A DNA stretch of 64,000 nt, from the IMG/VR virus record IMGVR_UViG_3300037189_006220, positions 56,519 through 120,518 of that record, one strand, 5' to 3'. A program made the position numbers and the translations under genes. The notes under the pieces are model-generated. The model saw only the letters and a list, made by a program, of their open reading frames with translations. It did not search any database and was not told the origin of the DNA. Source of the stretch: a virus. Shown here in pieces: positions 26,401 to 36,066 of this stretch. Position 1 is the stretch's first letter. Each line of letters starts with the position of its first letter.

Positions 26401-26618
26401 CCAACGGTGATGGTTGTTCCACCAAGAGTAATAGAGCTACCACCAGTAGCAATCTTCTGCCAAGAAGTTCCATTGTGGTAATAGAACGAAGCATCACCAG
26501 TATTGAAGTAGATTTGACCGGCTACAGGAGAGCTGGGAGGCGTAGACAGATTTTGAACACGCGCATTCTGCAACTCATTCTGAAGAAGGTTGAGATTAGT
26601 TAGAAAATTACGAGCCAT
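23409..26618 (-). CDS. long tail fibre protein
   Basis: DAANK.YVD, NGVY..R..DA, GGTG repeats, T/S/G-rich. Confidence 0.8.
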   Translation of the reverse strand: MARNFLTNLNLLQNELQNARVQNLSTPPSSPVAGQIYFNTGDASFYYHNGTSWQKIATGGSSITLGGTTITVGSTVTSIADLTLTGTSTWSGNTITVAKGGTGTTNGSITGTGALTFTAGGTNQNVILVPSGTGSVNVSSARIINVADPVNNGDAANKLYVDNKVAGVTWKQAVNLLATANVPLTGNTSTVTIDGHPTLTSTHSGYRLLLTGQTAGAENGVYDYTDNGTTYTLTRSSDANTYTELKGATFFVMEGTSYQNTSWTQSNTYLTDFTGQTWVQFSGASSVTAGAGMVANGNAFDIVGTSNRILVNTNSIDIDSNYVGQSSITTVSSTTGITTGAWKATIIDPTYGGTGVNNGSKTITLGGSLTTSGAYTTTLTSTANTSVTLPTTGTLATLTGTETFSGKKITLAAGTATTGTAPLYFTSGTNLTTATAGAMEFDGTNLYFTPATSRKTVAFTDSNITGSAATLSTARTLWGFSFDGSASTSATSITDVGTNITGAGALTIAAGGTNQSLNLQSSGSASINIGTTSTGAVNIGNVSGSTATINANGGITLQSSGASTFTFRNTTASTAVTLTGMPTSLTSASASVTLKTGSQTGSASTGDLILKSGDNTGTGNAGNVNVDSGTVVSGTTGAVNIGVTNASAVTIGRSATTTTINGTLVASAPAGSLTGTTLASGVVNSSLTKIGALSSGTAGFVKVDASGNLTSDGSTYLTSSSAVTSITGTANQVTASASTGAVTLSLPQDIATTSTPTFAGLTVGTSNITGSGALTVASAAASALSLKSGTTGSVTIDNGTSGSNRIINVGTTAAGIVNIGNYTNTATVRIVHSVSGAVVFGAAAGSTAGGLLRTEDLSSGVSGEPLTIRTGNITNAAVSGSGDLTLASGTSNLTSGSVSLKSGNATGNSGTVTIDAGTSGATVGTVRVGYTNATGIYVGNASSTTFITGAVKLPTVANSTGGFVKTQTDGTLVLDGSTYLTSSTGVTSINGTSGAITGVAKKTTGTNTAGTSWSVNHGFGQWVTAQVFETATGYQVELDVVNASTGGGTTTFTSASSLTAGAYTYVIIG

Positions 26619-26633
26619 TATGCAGTCCTATAG

Positions 26634-27074
26634 CTATGAAAGGTAGGCGATTCCCGATGTCGCGGAAGAGAAAAAGATTTGAAGGATACCAAGACTATTA
26701 TATCTTACGTCACCTTCAATGACGGACCCTGCGGAGTCGAGAGTCTTCACATTTGGATAGAAAGAGAGATTATGATTGATAGTCCACACATCGGCAACAG
26801 CATTCTGCACATGAGTGTAGGCAATTGTTTGGGTTACTCCAGCTGGACCCTGAATACCCTGAATACCCTGAATACCCTGAATACCCTGAATACCCTGAAT
26901 ACCACGCTCACCTTGAGGTCCTTGAGCACCCGGAGCACCATCAGTTCCGCGAGGACCGGGAATACCCTGAGCAACTTCAACGACAAGTTGAGACTCAACC
27001 TCAACAACTACTTCGGTGACATCCGTCTCTGAAACAACTATAACCTGAGGATTGTCATTAATACTAGGAGACAC
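26634..27074 (-). CDS. collagen-like minor tail protein
   Basis: GXY triplets; W.I.HNL..P C-terminal domain. Confidence 0.8.
   Translation of the reverse strand: MSPSINDNPQVIVVSETDVTEVVVEVESQLVVEVAQGIPGPRGTDGAPGAQGPQGERGIQGIQGIQGIQGIQGIQGPAGVTQTIAYTHVQNAVADVWTINHNLSFYPNVKTLDSAGSVIEGDVRYNSLGILQIFFSSATSGIAYLS
26848..26903. repeat. 9-bp tandem repeat (CCCTGAATA)x~6
   Basis: Direct read; encodes (GIQ)n. Confidence 0.9.
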
Positions 27075-27420
27075 GAGTCACATCTTTCATATGCGTAACT
27101 TCGCCACGAATCCAAGTTTTTACTTCTTCTCCACGAGTAGCCTGTAAATCCCAGACTCCATTTTTTACAAGGAGCGAGTTTGCAGCAGAAAGAAAAATAC
27201 CAATACGACCCTGACTTGCCTGAGAGTCATCCACCTCAAAGTCGATATGGTCAGAAGAGGAATCGTTAGGTCGCCACTGAGCAGTCCAGTTACCCCAGCC
27301 CTCAGCAACAAGATTAATAGGTGTAGTAATCCCATTAATCTTTGAGTTCATACGGTAGGAAGCAGTAAGAGAGTCACCACGATATACCTGTAGTGACTTA
27401 ACAATTGCTGGGAACGACAC
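27064..27420 (-). CDS. minor tail protein (BppU-N/LtfC-like)
   Basis: GD..W.AQ.R..G.WDLQ..T...G.V...DVTR. Confidence 0.7.
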   Translation of the reverse strand: MSFPAIVKSLQVYRGDSLTASYRMNSKINGITTPINLVAEGWGNWTAQWRPNDSSSDHIDFEVDDSQASQGRIGIFLSAANSLLVKNGVWDLQATRGEEVKTWIRGEVTHMKDVTRVS

Positions 27421-27495
27421 GGACTACCTCCGAAAAATGGGTGGCGCACAAAAGCCATCAATAAAACTATTGATTATAGTCCCATTTTAGCAAGG

Positions 27496-27696
27496 TTATT
27501 CAGTAGTGATGCCTCTAAGAGAGTCAAGATACCGAGCATAGGCAAGAAATGCCTTAGCATCTCCCCACCACCTATTCTCTTCTAAGTCCTCTTCTACACA
27601 GAACTCCCAACTACCAACCTTGACATAGGTGTAGTTATCACCGCCTCGGTCAACAACGACCTCGGGAAGCTCATCTTCATTAATTTCAATAGCCAC
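27496..27696 (-). CDS. hypothetical protein
   Basis: ORF coupled to primase stop. Confidence 0.6.
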   Translation of the reverse strand: MAIEINEDELPEVVVDRGGDNYTYVKVGSWEFCVEEDLEENRWWGDAKAFLAYARYLDSLRGITTE

Positions 27697-30299
27697 TATC
27701 GTGCCAATCGTGAGATTTCAGACCAACTACTTTCGTTGGAGTCCGTACTTGTTGGTTTCAGTATACGACCAACTAACTCTGCACGAGTTCCTTCTCCAGT
27801 AATTTCTTCTCCACGGTCACGCAGACGACGAGTAAGGGCAATCTGAGTCATTGGCTTTTCACCGCGACCTTCGCTCCACCAGCGGTACGCTCCGAAGAGT
27901 GACTTGATGGAGACAGAGGTTCCCATTGTTGTTTCCTCATTGAGGAACATGCCCAGACGGTCTTCATCCTTACGGTACATCTCAGAAGCCTCAAGAACCA
28001 CCTTGCACCAACCCACAGGGTCTACCGCAGTAGAGTTCAATACTTTCATGGCACCCTCGACAGCCCATGCAAGAATTGCTGGCTGTCCACCATTCGGGTC
28101 AAACAAGAACTCTTTGAGAGTGGGGTCAGAAATCTTGGGGACATTCTTCCACGGAACTGGACGAATACGTCGCCACATAGCATCGTCAGTAATCATCGGA
28201 CGGTGGTTAGTTGTAATCCACAACTTAGCCTGTGCTTGGAATGTGAATGGACGCTCACCCGGAGAACGAGCCGAGATTTCAGATGAACCAGTCAACTTCT
28301 TAACCGCGTTCTCTTTAATACGCTCAGACTCAGGCAACTCGTCAACCCAGACCATACGCTTACCACGGAGTTCAGCCCAGTGATAGAGGTCAGTAGATGA
28401 GGACATACCGTCCTTATCAGCAAGGATATTCGAGTCCATGGGCCATGCATACTGCTGGGTACCAAGAACCTTAACGATTGACTCAACAAACGTGTTCTTA
28501 CCAGAGCCGGGAGGACCGTATACGAGGCACATGATGTCGAGAGTATTAAGACCAGTCATAGTGTAGCCAACTACTCGCTGAAGCCAGTCTTGATATTCCT
28601 TGTCTCCACCAGTAGCAAAGTCTAGGTACCCAACCCAGCGAGCATTGATTGCCCCCGGACTATAAGCAATAGGAGAGCGACGAGTAATGTAAAGTTCCGG
28701 GTCACCCTTGATAAGTTCACCAGTGCGAAGATTCACAACACCGTTAGCAACACCAAGTAACTCTGCATCACTATCCCATGAGTCAACAGGAACAGTAATA
28801 CGAGGGTCAGATGTTGCGCTCTCAATAGAGGCATTGATACGAGCGTTTGATTTAGAGTTCAAAGCCCACTTCAAGACTGCTGGCTTTTCCTCATCTTTAT
28901 ACCCAACAATCTCGCTGGGGATAGTAGAAGAAATCTTCTTGGCAATCTCACGAACCTGAAGGTTCTCTGCATCACTCTGCCAACTTGTACCAGACCAGTG
29001 GAACCAACCAAGACCCGGCGTATAACGCAGACCAGGACCAAAGTCGTCTACGAGACGGCGACCATTACCGAGGTCAGTAAGCGAACGCTTACCGGGCATA
29101 CCACCGTCTTCAGCACGAATAGCATCCACGTCTTTGGGGACATCGATACGAGTGAGGCTAGAAGCATCAGCAACAGAGTAGCCGTCACTGAGACCAGCAC
29201 GGATTACTCCACCAATAGTTCCCGGGTAATACGAAGCATCATCATCATCAGGGTCACTCGTGCTAACAGTATCCTGAATGACACCACGGAATGCTCCCTC
29301 CTTCATCTTGAGAGCAGCATTTTCTTCCCACTCTTTAAGTTCGCCACGACCCATAAGGTGCTTGGGGTTCTGCTTAACAAACTCAATGGCACGACGAACG
29401 TGACTAAGAAGACCGCCCTGACCATTTACTTCAAGAGGAGGACGTACCTTCTCTGAGTTAAAGAGCATCATCATAGACTCGACTGCCAACTCGCCAGCAG
29501 GAGTGTCTACAGGAAAACGGTTAGCAAGAGCGCAAGCCATAGCGTAGAGAGTTACAGCGCGAGCACCCTCATCGATTCCCTCATCAAGAAGCTTGTCAAT
29601 ATCAATTGGCTCACCATTATGCTCAAGACCCTCAAACGCACTCCAGTCTGCTCCACCAGAAGATGAAGCACCTACCCGGCGAGTACGCCTACGAAAAATC
29701 CCAAGCATATCTTCTGTAGCATCAGCCATCTCCATTTCCCACGGAGCATGACCCTCAATCCACTCATACTCCAACCCAGAGGAGTGGCGCGATGGGTTAA
29801 CAAGAACATAGCCATTGTGCTTGATATCAATACCCGGCAAGTTCGCAGCTTTAAGATTACCAATCAAGTCTTCCGACGGGTCACATTTAAAGTACATGTG
29901 ACGACCACGAACTACTTTGCCTTGGTAGTTGTACTCGCCAGTCTGTGCAGTAACTGTCTCAGGAACAACAAAGTCAATCTCATCGAGGAACTTATCCCAC
30001 GACTCATTTCCACCAGAGCGAGGGTCAATATCAATGACAAAGAATCCAGACGGTTTACAGAAAACACCAATGTTCCGCTCAGGGTTTGCTTCCCACCACG
30101 CATTAAGTTGACCCACATTATCAGTAGCGCGTTTCTGCCACTCCGAGATAGCGGGGTGCTTACCAGCGTCCTTGGGGTCAGAGTGCGGTCCGTTACAGGT
30201 GCACTTGCCAGAATCAGTGATTCCATAGCAAGGCAAGATGTGCCAACCCCGTGAGCCGTACCAGCCAGCCGCCTTAGTTAGTCTTGATTCGTCGCTCAA
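27696..30299 (-). CDS. bifunctional primase-polymerase / D5-type SF3 helicase
   Basis: N-terminal GKHP, NIG, VIDIDPR, H.YF, Y.W; C-terminal TD.GN..R, GPPGSGKNT, AMWRR. Confidence 0.92.
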   Translation of the reverse strand: MSDESRLTKAAGWYGSRGWHILPCYGITDSGKCTCNGPHSDPKDAGKHPAISEWQKRATDNVGQLNAWWEANPERNIGVFCKPSGFFVIDIDPRSGGNESWDKFLDEIDFVVPETVTAQTGEYNYQGKVVRGRHMYFKCDPSEDLIGNLKAANLPGIDIKHNGYVLVNPSRHSSGLEYEWIEGHAPWEMEMADATEDMLGIFRRRTRRVGASSSGGADWSAFEGLEHNGEPIDIDKLLDEGIDEGARAVTLYAMACALANRFPVDTPAGELAVESMMMLFNSEKVRPPLEVNGQGGLLSHVRRAIEFVKQNPKHLMGRGELKEWEENAALKMKEGAFRGVIQDTVSTSDPDDDDASYYPGTIGGVIRAGLSDGYSVADASSLTRIDVPKDVDAIRAEDGGMPGKRSLTDLGNGRRLVDDFGPGLRYTPGLGWFHWSGTSWQSDAENLQVREIAKKISSTIPSEIVGYKDEEKPAVLKWALNSKSNARINASIESATSDPRITVPVDSWDSDAELLGVANGVVNLRTGELIKGDPELYITRRSPIAYSPGAINARWVGYLDFATGGDKEYQDWLQRVVGYTMTGLNTLDIMCLVYGPPGSGKNTFVESIVKVLGTQQYAWPMDSNILADKDGMSSSTDLYHWAELRGKRMVWVDELPESERIKENAVKKLTGSSEISARSPGERPFTFQAQAKLWITTNHRPMITDDAMWRRIRPVPWKNVPKISDPTLKEFLFDPNGGQPAILAWAVEGAMKVLNSTAVDPVGWCKVVLEASEMYRKDEDRLGMFLNEETTMGTSVSIKSLFGAYRWWSEGRGEKPMTQIALTRRLRDRGEEITGEGTRAELVGRILKPTSTDSNESSWSEISRLAR

Positions 30300-30433
30300 T
30301 GTGTGTCCGTTTTTCGGTGTGTGCTTGATAGTGGTTCATCTATGTTACCACGCTCAATGGTTTAGTTGGAGACATGTAAATAAGTTATTATTGAAGGAGT
30401 AGCTTTTATCATTTGTCGTTCAGGATTCCTCTT

Positions 30434-30862
30434 ATGCCATTGCCAGACCGCGACCCTACAGCCGGTGAACTCCGCATTATGTTTGAAAACATTATGGCTG
30501 CTCTCCGTGATGTTAAAGAAACAATGGCGACAAAAGAATTTGTCAACACGAAATTCGACAACTATAACGAGCGTATGGTTCGTCTAGAAGAAGACGTTCG
30601 TGTATGGATTAGCAACGCTACCACAGCTAACGCAGAAATCAAAGAAGATACTCACCGTCGTATTGATGAGGTCAAAGCCGACCTCGTTTCCGAGACTGAT
30701 GAACTGCACAAACGTATCGATGAGATTGTTAGCGAGAAGACAGACAGCGAGAAAAGTAAGAAGGCTCGTACCGTAGCAATCACACTTGCTATTGTTGGTG
30801 CTGGTCTTTCACTCGCTGTGAGTATTGTCTCCGCAATTATCATCAACACTCTCATTCCATAG
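30434..30862 (+). CDS. coiled-coil protein with C-terminal TM
   Basis: Heptad-like region and terminal hydrophobic helix; start uncertain. Confidence 0.7.
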   Translation: MPLPDRDPTAGELRIMFENIMAALRDVKETMATKEFVNTKFDNYNERMVRLEEDVRVWISNATTANAEIKEDTHRRIDEVKADLVSETDELHKRIDEIVSEKTDSEKSKKARTVAITLAIVGAGLSLAVSIVSAIIINTLIP

Positions 30863-30929
30863 TTGAGACTTTTCTCCAAACATGCTGTAGTATGTTCCAA
30901 GGGTATATCCTTGCCCGGATGGAGAAGAA

Positions 30930-31205
30930 ATGACAAACTCAGTTCTACAGAAGCTTCAGGAAGCGTCTGACAAGCCCAAGACTAAAAAGTGCAAGTATGC
31001 ACTTATCTTCGAAAAGCTCGAACCAGAGACGCAGGACTTTATCACCGAGCGTATCTCACTCCCTACTCGGCACCCCAACAAAATTAGCTACGCTACTCTT
31101 ACTCGCGTACTTCGCTCAGAGAAGCACACCATTGGTCACTCCACTATTGGAGACCACTACAACAAAGTGTGTGCTTGCTACAGCCAGACAGAGGATAGCA
31201 TCTAA
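30930..31205 (+). CDS. small DNA-binding/zinc protein
   Basis: C..L..V L...G...I.DH...CAC pattern preceding phosphoesterase. Confidence 0.7.
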   Translation: MTNSVLQKLQEASDKPKTKKCKYALIFEKLEPETQDFITERISLPTRHPNKISYATLTRVLRSEKHTIGHSTIGDHYNKVCACYSQTEDSI

Positions 31206-32407
31206 TGAGTGATGAAATTAAACGTAAGCTAGAGGAACTCGCGAGTCCCGGTATATCAGGTTCTGATACACGAATTACCAATACACCAGAAAATTGGCGA
31301 CCACGCTCCGAGGTCGGTGCTGACGGTGGTTTTGCTATTTCTAGCCCACACCCGATGGGGAATACTCCCGGTGCCGAGGAAATCCTACTTGAGCATAATC
31401 TTGACCCGGCTGAGTGGGTAGTGACATCTGCCCGTCATGGTAAATGGCAGACATTCTCCGGTGAGTGGCTCGAATCCTCACGAATCAATATTGCCCCTCG
31501 CACTGGCACTGTCAGAGATAGTGACCTCGACCTTGAGAAGCTTGTTGATGAAATCAAGAAGTGGCGACCTGAGCGCGGTACAAAAGCATTTGGTGGTAGC
31601 GGTGCCTATGTACACAATGGAGCCGACAAGCAAATTGGTAAAAAAGCTGGCTCAGGAGGGACTGAGCAGACCGTAGCTCGTCTACTTGAAGGAACTGACC
31701 GAAGTGTTGCTCGTCTAAACGGATTCCGCAAGATGGGTCTTGAACTTGGCACAGTAGTTTTGACAGAAGTGGGTGACCATGTTGAGGGAAATGTATCTCA
31801 GAATGGTCGTCTTCAGGGACAAAGTGCATCCGACCTCGGGCAGACTGAACAAGTTCGCGTTGCCCGTCGTCTTCTGCTGTCTCAAGTAAAGACTTTTGCT
31901 TCATTGGCAGAAAGTGTTCTAGTTCCTGTCGTCAATGGTAACCACGACGAGGTCACACGACAGGTTGTCGCTGACCCAGCAGACGGATGGAATGTTGAGA
32001 TTGCATCCAGCGTAGAGATGGCTGTACGAGAGAATGATGCTCTCAGCCACGTCGAGTTCCGTTACCCAGCGTCTGGACACCAGACACTTACAGTAAATGT
32101 AAACGGAACTATGCTTGGTCTCTTCCATGGTCACCAGTTCTCTCGTGACGTTGAGAAGTACCTTTCACAGCAGATGCTCGGTCAGACTGCTCTTGGAGGA
32201 GCAGATGTCTGGGTATCAGGTCACTACCACCACTTCCGTTCGCTCGACATCGGCTCACGGTTCTGGGTACAATGCCCCACTACCGACCCCGGCTCAGACT
32301 GGTACCGTGACCGCGCCGGAGCAAATGCCCGTCCCGGAATCCTAACAATGGTAATCGGTGGTAGCTATGACCCCCGCGAGTTCCTCGGAGTTATTCCGGT
32401 TTCGTAG
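31205..32407 (+). CDS. calcineurin-like metallophosphoesterase
   Basis: D.QIGK, GD.VEG, GNHD, HGH, GHYH motifs. Confidence 0.88.
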   Translation: MSDEIKRKLEELASPGISGSDTRITNTPENWRPRSEVGADGGFAISSPHPMGNTPGAEEILLEHNLDPAEWVVTSARHGKWQTFSGEWLESSRINIAPRTGTVRDSDLDLEKLVDEIKKWRPERGTKAFGGSGAYVHNGADKQIGKKAGSGGTEQTVARLLEGTDRSVARLNGFRKMGLELGTVVLTEVGDHVEGNVSQNGRLQGQSASDLGQTEQVRVARRLLLSQVKTFASLAESVLVPVVNGNHDEVTRQVVADPADGWNVEIASSVEMAVRENDALSHVEFRYPASGHQTLTVNVNGTMLGLFHGHQFSRDVEKYLSQQMLGQTALGGADVWVSGHYHHFRSLDIGSRFWVQCPTTDPGSDWYRDRAGANARPGILTMVIGGSYDPREFLGVIPVS

Positions 32408-32870
32408 AGTTTCGTTTCTTAATAGCCAGATAAGCGTCAACTGAGTTGGCGCTTGTTCTGCTTATCCAGCGAAAATCGCAGATAGTACAGGTAACTGTTT
32501 TACGGGTAGTCCATCGACCTCCACCCGGAATGTCAATCTCTCCAGTTTTTAGCTTGTCTGTATTAGCTCCACAGTGAAGACAGATAGGCGATTCGCCTTC
32601 TTTAGTGCGACGAATCTCTTGGTCATCTTCAGTAATAGATAGAGTATTACGAATTTCTACCTCGTCGCGTCCACCCCATACGCCCCAGATTTCTTTATTG
32701 TCTAGTGCCCAGCTCAAACACTCTTTACGAACAGGACATACTTCACAGAGAGTCTTGGCTTGTGCAATCTCGTTAGGGTCTTCAGAGAAAAAGAAGTCAA
32801 TATAATCAGACTCAATGGGGTCAGCGCAGACACCATCCTTCTGCCAATCAAGAGGATTTGCATTAGTCAT
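32391..32870 (-). CDS. whiB: WhiB family protein with C-terminal zinc ribbon
   Basis: W....C..FF..AK.LC..CPV..ECL..AL..GVWGG then CLHC..CTIC. Confidence 0.9.
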   Translation of the reverse strand: MTNANPLDWQKDGVCADPIESDYIDFFFSEDPNEIAQAKTLCEVCPVRKECLSWALDNKEIWGVWGGRDEVEIRNTLSITEDDQEIRRTKEGESPICLHCGANTDKLKTGEIDIPGGGRWTTRKTVTCTICDFRWISRTSANSVDAYLAIKKRNSTKPE

Positions 32871-33210
32871 TAGGAAGTACCTCTACCCACGTAACTGGAA
32901 GCATCCCAATAACGTATTCTCCATTAAATGTTTCACCGCTCGGGTCACAGGCGTAGACATCAATCTCACCATCAACCTCACCGGCATAGCCAAACTCGAC
33001 AGTCTCCCCTTGGATAGCACGAAAACCCTGAGCAAGAGAATCTACAACACCATCTCGCTGTACAGCAGAAGCTAGTGCCCGAGCAACTACTTCATGGTTA
33101 AGGTCAACATGCTCCTCTGTGTAGTAAATAATTCCTGTAGGAGTCACAGCATCGTGACCACAGCCAATCCATTCCTGCCAAAGTCGCTCTCCGCGTCTAT
33201 CAAAATTCAT
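32863..33210 (-). CDS. hypothetical protein
   Basis: ORF with leaderless TATACT promoter. Confidence 0.7.
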   Translation of the reverse strand: MNFDRRGERLWQEWIGCGHDAVTPTGIIYYTEEHVDLNHEVVARALASAVQRDGVVDSLAQGFRAIQGETVEFGYAGEVDGEIDVYACDPSGETFNGEYVIGMLPVTWVEVLPND

Positions 33211-33240
33211 ATACTAAGTATATATGCACTTAAACAAAAA

Positions 33241-33281
33241 AAGTAGGTCAATCCTTAATAATTACAAGAATTGACCTACTT
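33241..33281 (-). terminator. intrinsic terminator
   Basis: AAGTAGGTCAAT/ATTGACCTACTT with flanking A run. Confidence 0.7.
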
Positions 33282-33291
33282 ATTTATTTTG

Positions 33292-33714
33292 CTACTTAAC
33301 GCGTTTTTCCAATACATATGGAGAGTAGTGCACGCCATCGAGTAACGGCTCTACGTTATCATTAGAGCGGAAAATAACATCTCCCGAACGAAGAGCAACA
33401 ATAACACCACGACGACCATTATGTAGCTGACCAGCCTCGCCAGTAAATGCATTATGTTTGACTCGAACTAAGTCAGCGACTTTAATTTGACCCGGGATAA
33501 CAGCAACCCAAATCTCATCCTTGAACGGCTCCATCAGAGCATGACCCTGAGCAAGCTTTGTAAAGATGTCTAGAGCCTCAGCAATAGTTTCAGGCTTAGC
33601 TTCGGGAATACCATCCCACGCCTTAAGAAGTTCAAGAACAATAGTTCCAGCACCAATCTTGACCTTAGCCAAGTCCATCTGCTTACGAACCCAGTCGTAG
33701 TTTACTTCACTCAT
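33292..33714 (-). CDS. hypothetical protein (SH3/KOW-like C-terminus)
   Basis: D.VRV..HNGR.G.IV..R.GD. Confidence 0.7.
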   Translation of the reverse strand: MSEVNYDWVRKQMDLAKVKIGAGTIVLELLKAWDGIPEAKPETIAEALDIFTKLAQGHALMEPFKDEIWVAVIPGQIKVADLVRVKHNAFTGEAGQLHNGRRGVIVALRSGDVIFRSNDNVEPLLDGVHYSPYVLEKRVK

Positions 33715-33732
33715 TTGTATCCTTGTCTTGAT

Positions 33733-33765
33733 AAAAATAGGGGGCTGAGCCGAAGCCCAGCCCCC
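33733..33765 (-). terminator. intrinsic terminator
   Basis: GGGGGCTG/CAGCCCCC stem, UUCG loop, U tract on minus strand. Confidence 0.75.
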
Positions 33766-33776
33766 AACTCAATGGC

Positions 33777-34343
33777 TTAGAACGGAGGCGCAGGGGGAGC
33801 GGTCTCGGACGAAGCCACAGCCGGTACTGTCTGTGCTACAGGAGTAGGTGCAGGAGCCGGGGCAGGTGCAGGAGCTGGTGCCGGAGCAGGAGCTGCCTGT
33901 GGAGCAGGTGCAGACGCAGTTGTCGGGGTCTGGGCAGTTACTGAGAAGTAACGCTTTACCTCGTTGCGCTTTGAGCCGTTCCAAACACGCGAGCCAATGC
34001 TAGCGCGGAATGGGCGGTTAACCATTGCCTGAGCAATCTGCTCATTGGTGGGGTTCTGGTCGAAGTACTGCTGGTTAAGACCAAGAGCGTTGAACTTCGA
34101 GAAGAGGATTCCGAGGGCAGATGGGTTACCATCTGACACCACGAGGTTGTCCCAGATAAGACGCTTTGCAAAGGCACCAGTCTGAACTTCAGCCTTTACC
34201 TTAAACATTGTCTTCTGGCTTTGGGTAGTGGCTACGGTTGCCTCAATTACCTTGAGGTCGTAGTCACCGTCGGGAAGTGGCTCGAAAGACCCTCCCGAAT
34301 CAGCAGCGTCCTTCATCAGTTCGCCCCAGTTAAGCTGGCTCAT
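33777..34343 (-). CDS. DUF669-like single-stranded DNA-binding protein
   Basis: FEPLPDG.Y..G.KRNEV, Pro/Ala tail ending PPF; follows Sak4-like gene. Confidence 0.8.
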   Translation of the reverse strand: MSQLNWGELMKDAADSGGSFEPLPDGDYDLKVIEATVATTQSQKTMFKVKAEVQTGAFAKRLIWDNLVVSDGNPSALGILFSKFNALGLNQQYFDQNPTNEQIAQAMVNRPFRASIGSRVWNGSKRNEVKRYFSVTAQTPTTASAPAPQAAPAPAPAPAPAPAPAPTPVAQTVPAVASSETAPPAPPF

Positions 34344-34375
34344 TGTATATATCTCTTTTCTTCTCTGCGGTTTGA

Positions 34376-35128
34376 CTACTGCACTTCAGCAGTCTTTTGC
34401 CCGAACACCAAGTCTAGCATACGTTCGACTCCAAGGTCACCCTGTTCAACAATTGAACCGAGACGACCCTGAACACGTTCGCCAGCTTCGTACTTGTCCG
34501 TGCGCTCTACATACATACGACGAATCTTATATGCAGGTTGCATCGGGTCAGGATTAGGGACAGACTCGACTGAAATGGCACCAAGGATGTCATAGAAGTA
34601 CGGAGCCTGAATAGCAAGCTGACCTTGCAGGTAAGGGTGAGAACGTCCATCCTTATCTGTCTTAGCCATTGCCGTGAGCACGACTGCCTCAAGAGGAGCC
34701 GTAGGGTGCATCGTAAGGTCGCGGAGGTCACGAAGAAGCGCACCCATGTGACGAAGGAGTTCGCCCCACTGTTGCATCTTCATTGCCTCTGTGCCAGCAA
34801 TGCTGTCCATGCACTTCACCTGCAACTCCGAGATGGAGTCAATGATGAGTGACTTGAACTGGTGCTTACCAAGCTGTAGCCACTGGTAAGCCTTGATAAC
34901 AGTCTCGTAGTCGTGAACAACTACAACACAAGTGTCCCAAGTACCATCAGCCACAGGTGGCTCTTCACGCATCGGGTCCCAGTACTTCACATTGATAGGG
35001 AGGAATCGGTGTCCACCCTCAACGTCAAGCATCAGGCGTGGATACGGTGCGGTTACAGCGAAGGTGGATTTACCAACCTTAGACTCGCCGTAGACCATCA
35101 TCGTCAGCGAACGCTGAACTTCTGACAT
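34376..35128 (-). CDS. Sak4-like AAA ATPase / recombinase
   Basis: YGESKVGKST, LD.EGG, IIDSISE. Confidence 0.85.
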   Translation of the reverse strand: MSEVQRSLTMMVYGESKVGKSTFAVTAPYPRLMLDVEGGHRFLPINVKYWDPMREEPPVADGTWDTCVVVVHDYETVIKAYQWLQLGKHQFKSLIIDSISELQVKCMDSIAGTEAMKMQQWGELLRHMGALLRDLRDLTMHPTAPLEAVVLTAMAKTDKDGRSHPYLQGQLAIQAPYFYDILGAISVESVPNPDPMQPAYKIRRMYVERTDKYEAGERVQGRLGSIVEQGDLGVERMLDLVFGQKTAEVQ

Positions 35129-36066
35129 TAGTCGTTACCTTTCTTTTCGTTATTACCATAGTACGCGTATGGGTCGGAAACTTCAAATAGTTCCTCAATC
35201 GCATTCTCAGCTGCACTACCGTCGTCAACCAACGGACATACAGAATAGAACGGACACTTCCATGTGCAGTCACGGCTAGGCGTGGGATAAGCCACACTTT
35301 GGTGAGCCTCTCCGTTATCTAGCGCAGTCTTAACACGCATCAGGTCACTAACAGTACCATGAAGTCGTTGCCAAAATGAGCGCAACGAGAAGATGTTGTG
35401 ACGAACCTCGAACTGGTCATAGAACGGGGGCTTAGCATTCGCTGTACGCTTTACCTTCTTAAGAAGAGTAAAGATACCACCCTCAGAACGCTCATCAGTC
35501 CCACCATTCTTGTGCTGTTCGAGAAGCATGTAGGTAAGAATCTGCTCATTCATGTGAGCCGTCTGGTAGAACTGGTCGAATGACCCACCGACAGTCTTGA
35601 AGTCACGGAACATACGCACACCATCGCCTTTGCGACGAACACGCATATCAATCTTGCCCTGAAGTTCCACCGAGCCATCGAACATTGGCATGTTCAAAAC
35701 TTCCTCAGTAGAAATCATCTCAAGCTCCGAGTCGATTCCCTCTTCTTCAACCCACTGAAGATAGCCCTCAAGCATGATACGCCCGAGGTCAGCCTCTGAG
35801 TCGAGTTCTGTAGCATCGCGCCCAGCATCAAGAATGAGGAGTCGGTCAGACTCAACAAGGTTTGAGTGAGCATCGAGCAAAGGAATCCCAGTCGAGTAGT
35901 ACTGGTCAAGTGCCTCGTGAACACGGGAACCAAGAGCAAGAGGTCCAGTGAACTTCTGCTGTTTTGGCTTCAGGCGACGGTAGTATGTCAACCACCATTT
36001 CCGTCGGCAGTCCTTGAACGTCTGAATTTCAGAGTTGGACAGTGTATAAATTTCTCCGGTACTCAT
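35128..36066 (-). CDS. Cas4-like PD-(D/E)XK exonuclease
   Basis: S.S...F..C.RKW, GS.VH, GKID, DFKT, C.WKC.F..VC. Confidence 0.88.
   Translation of the reverse strand: MSTGEIYTLSNSEIQTFKDCRRKWWLTYYRRLKPKQQKFTGPLALGSRVHEALDQYYSTGIPLLDAHSNLVESDRLLILDAGRDATELDSEADLGRIMLEGYLQWVEEEGIDSELEMISTEEVLNMPMFDGSVELQGKIDMRVRRKGDGVRMFRDFKTVGGSFDQFYQTAHMNEQILTYMLLEQHKNGGTDERSEGGIFTLLKKVKRTANAKPPFYDQFEVRHNIFSLRSFWQRLHGTVSDLMRVKTALDNGEAHQSVAYPTPSRDCTWKCPFYSVCPLVDDGSAAENAIEELFEVSDPYAYYGNNEKKGND

Noticed and set aside
33835-33910. GC-rich repeat-like stretch
   Set aside because: Encodes the Pro/Ala linker of the SSB-like protein.
35128-36066. Cas4-like gene as evidence of CRISPR
   Set aside because: No repeat-spacer array or other cas genes seen; it sits in a standard recombination module.
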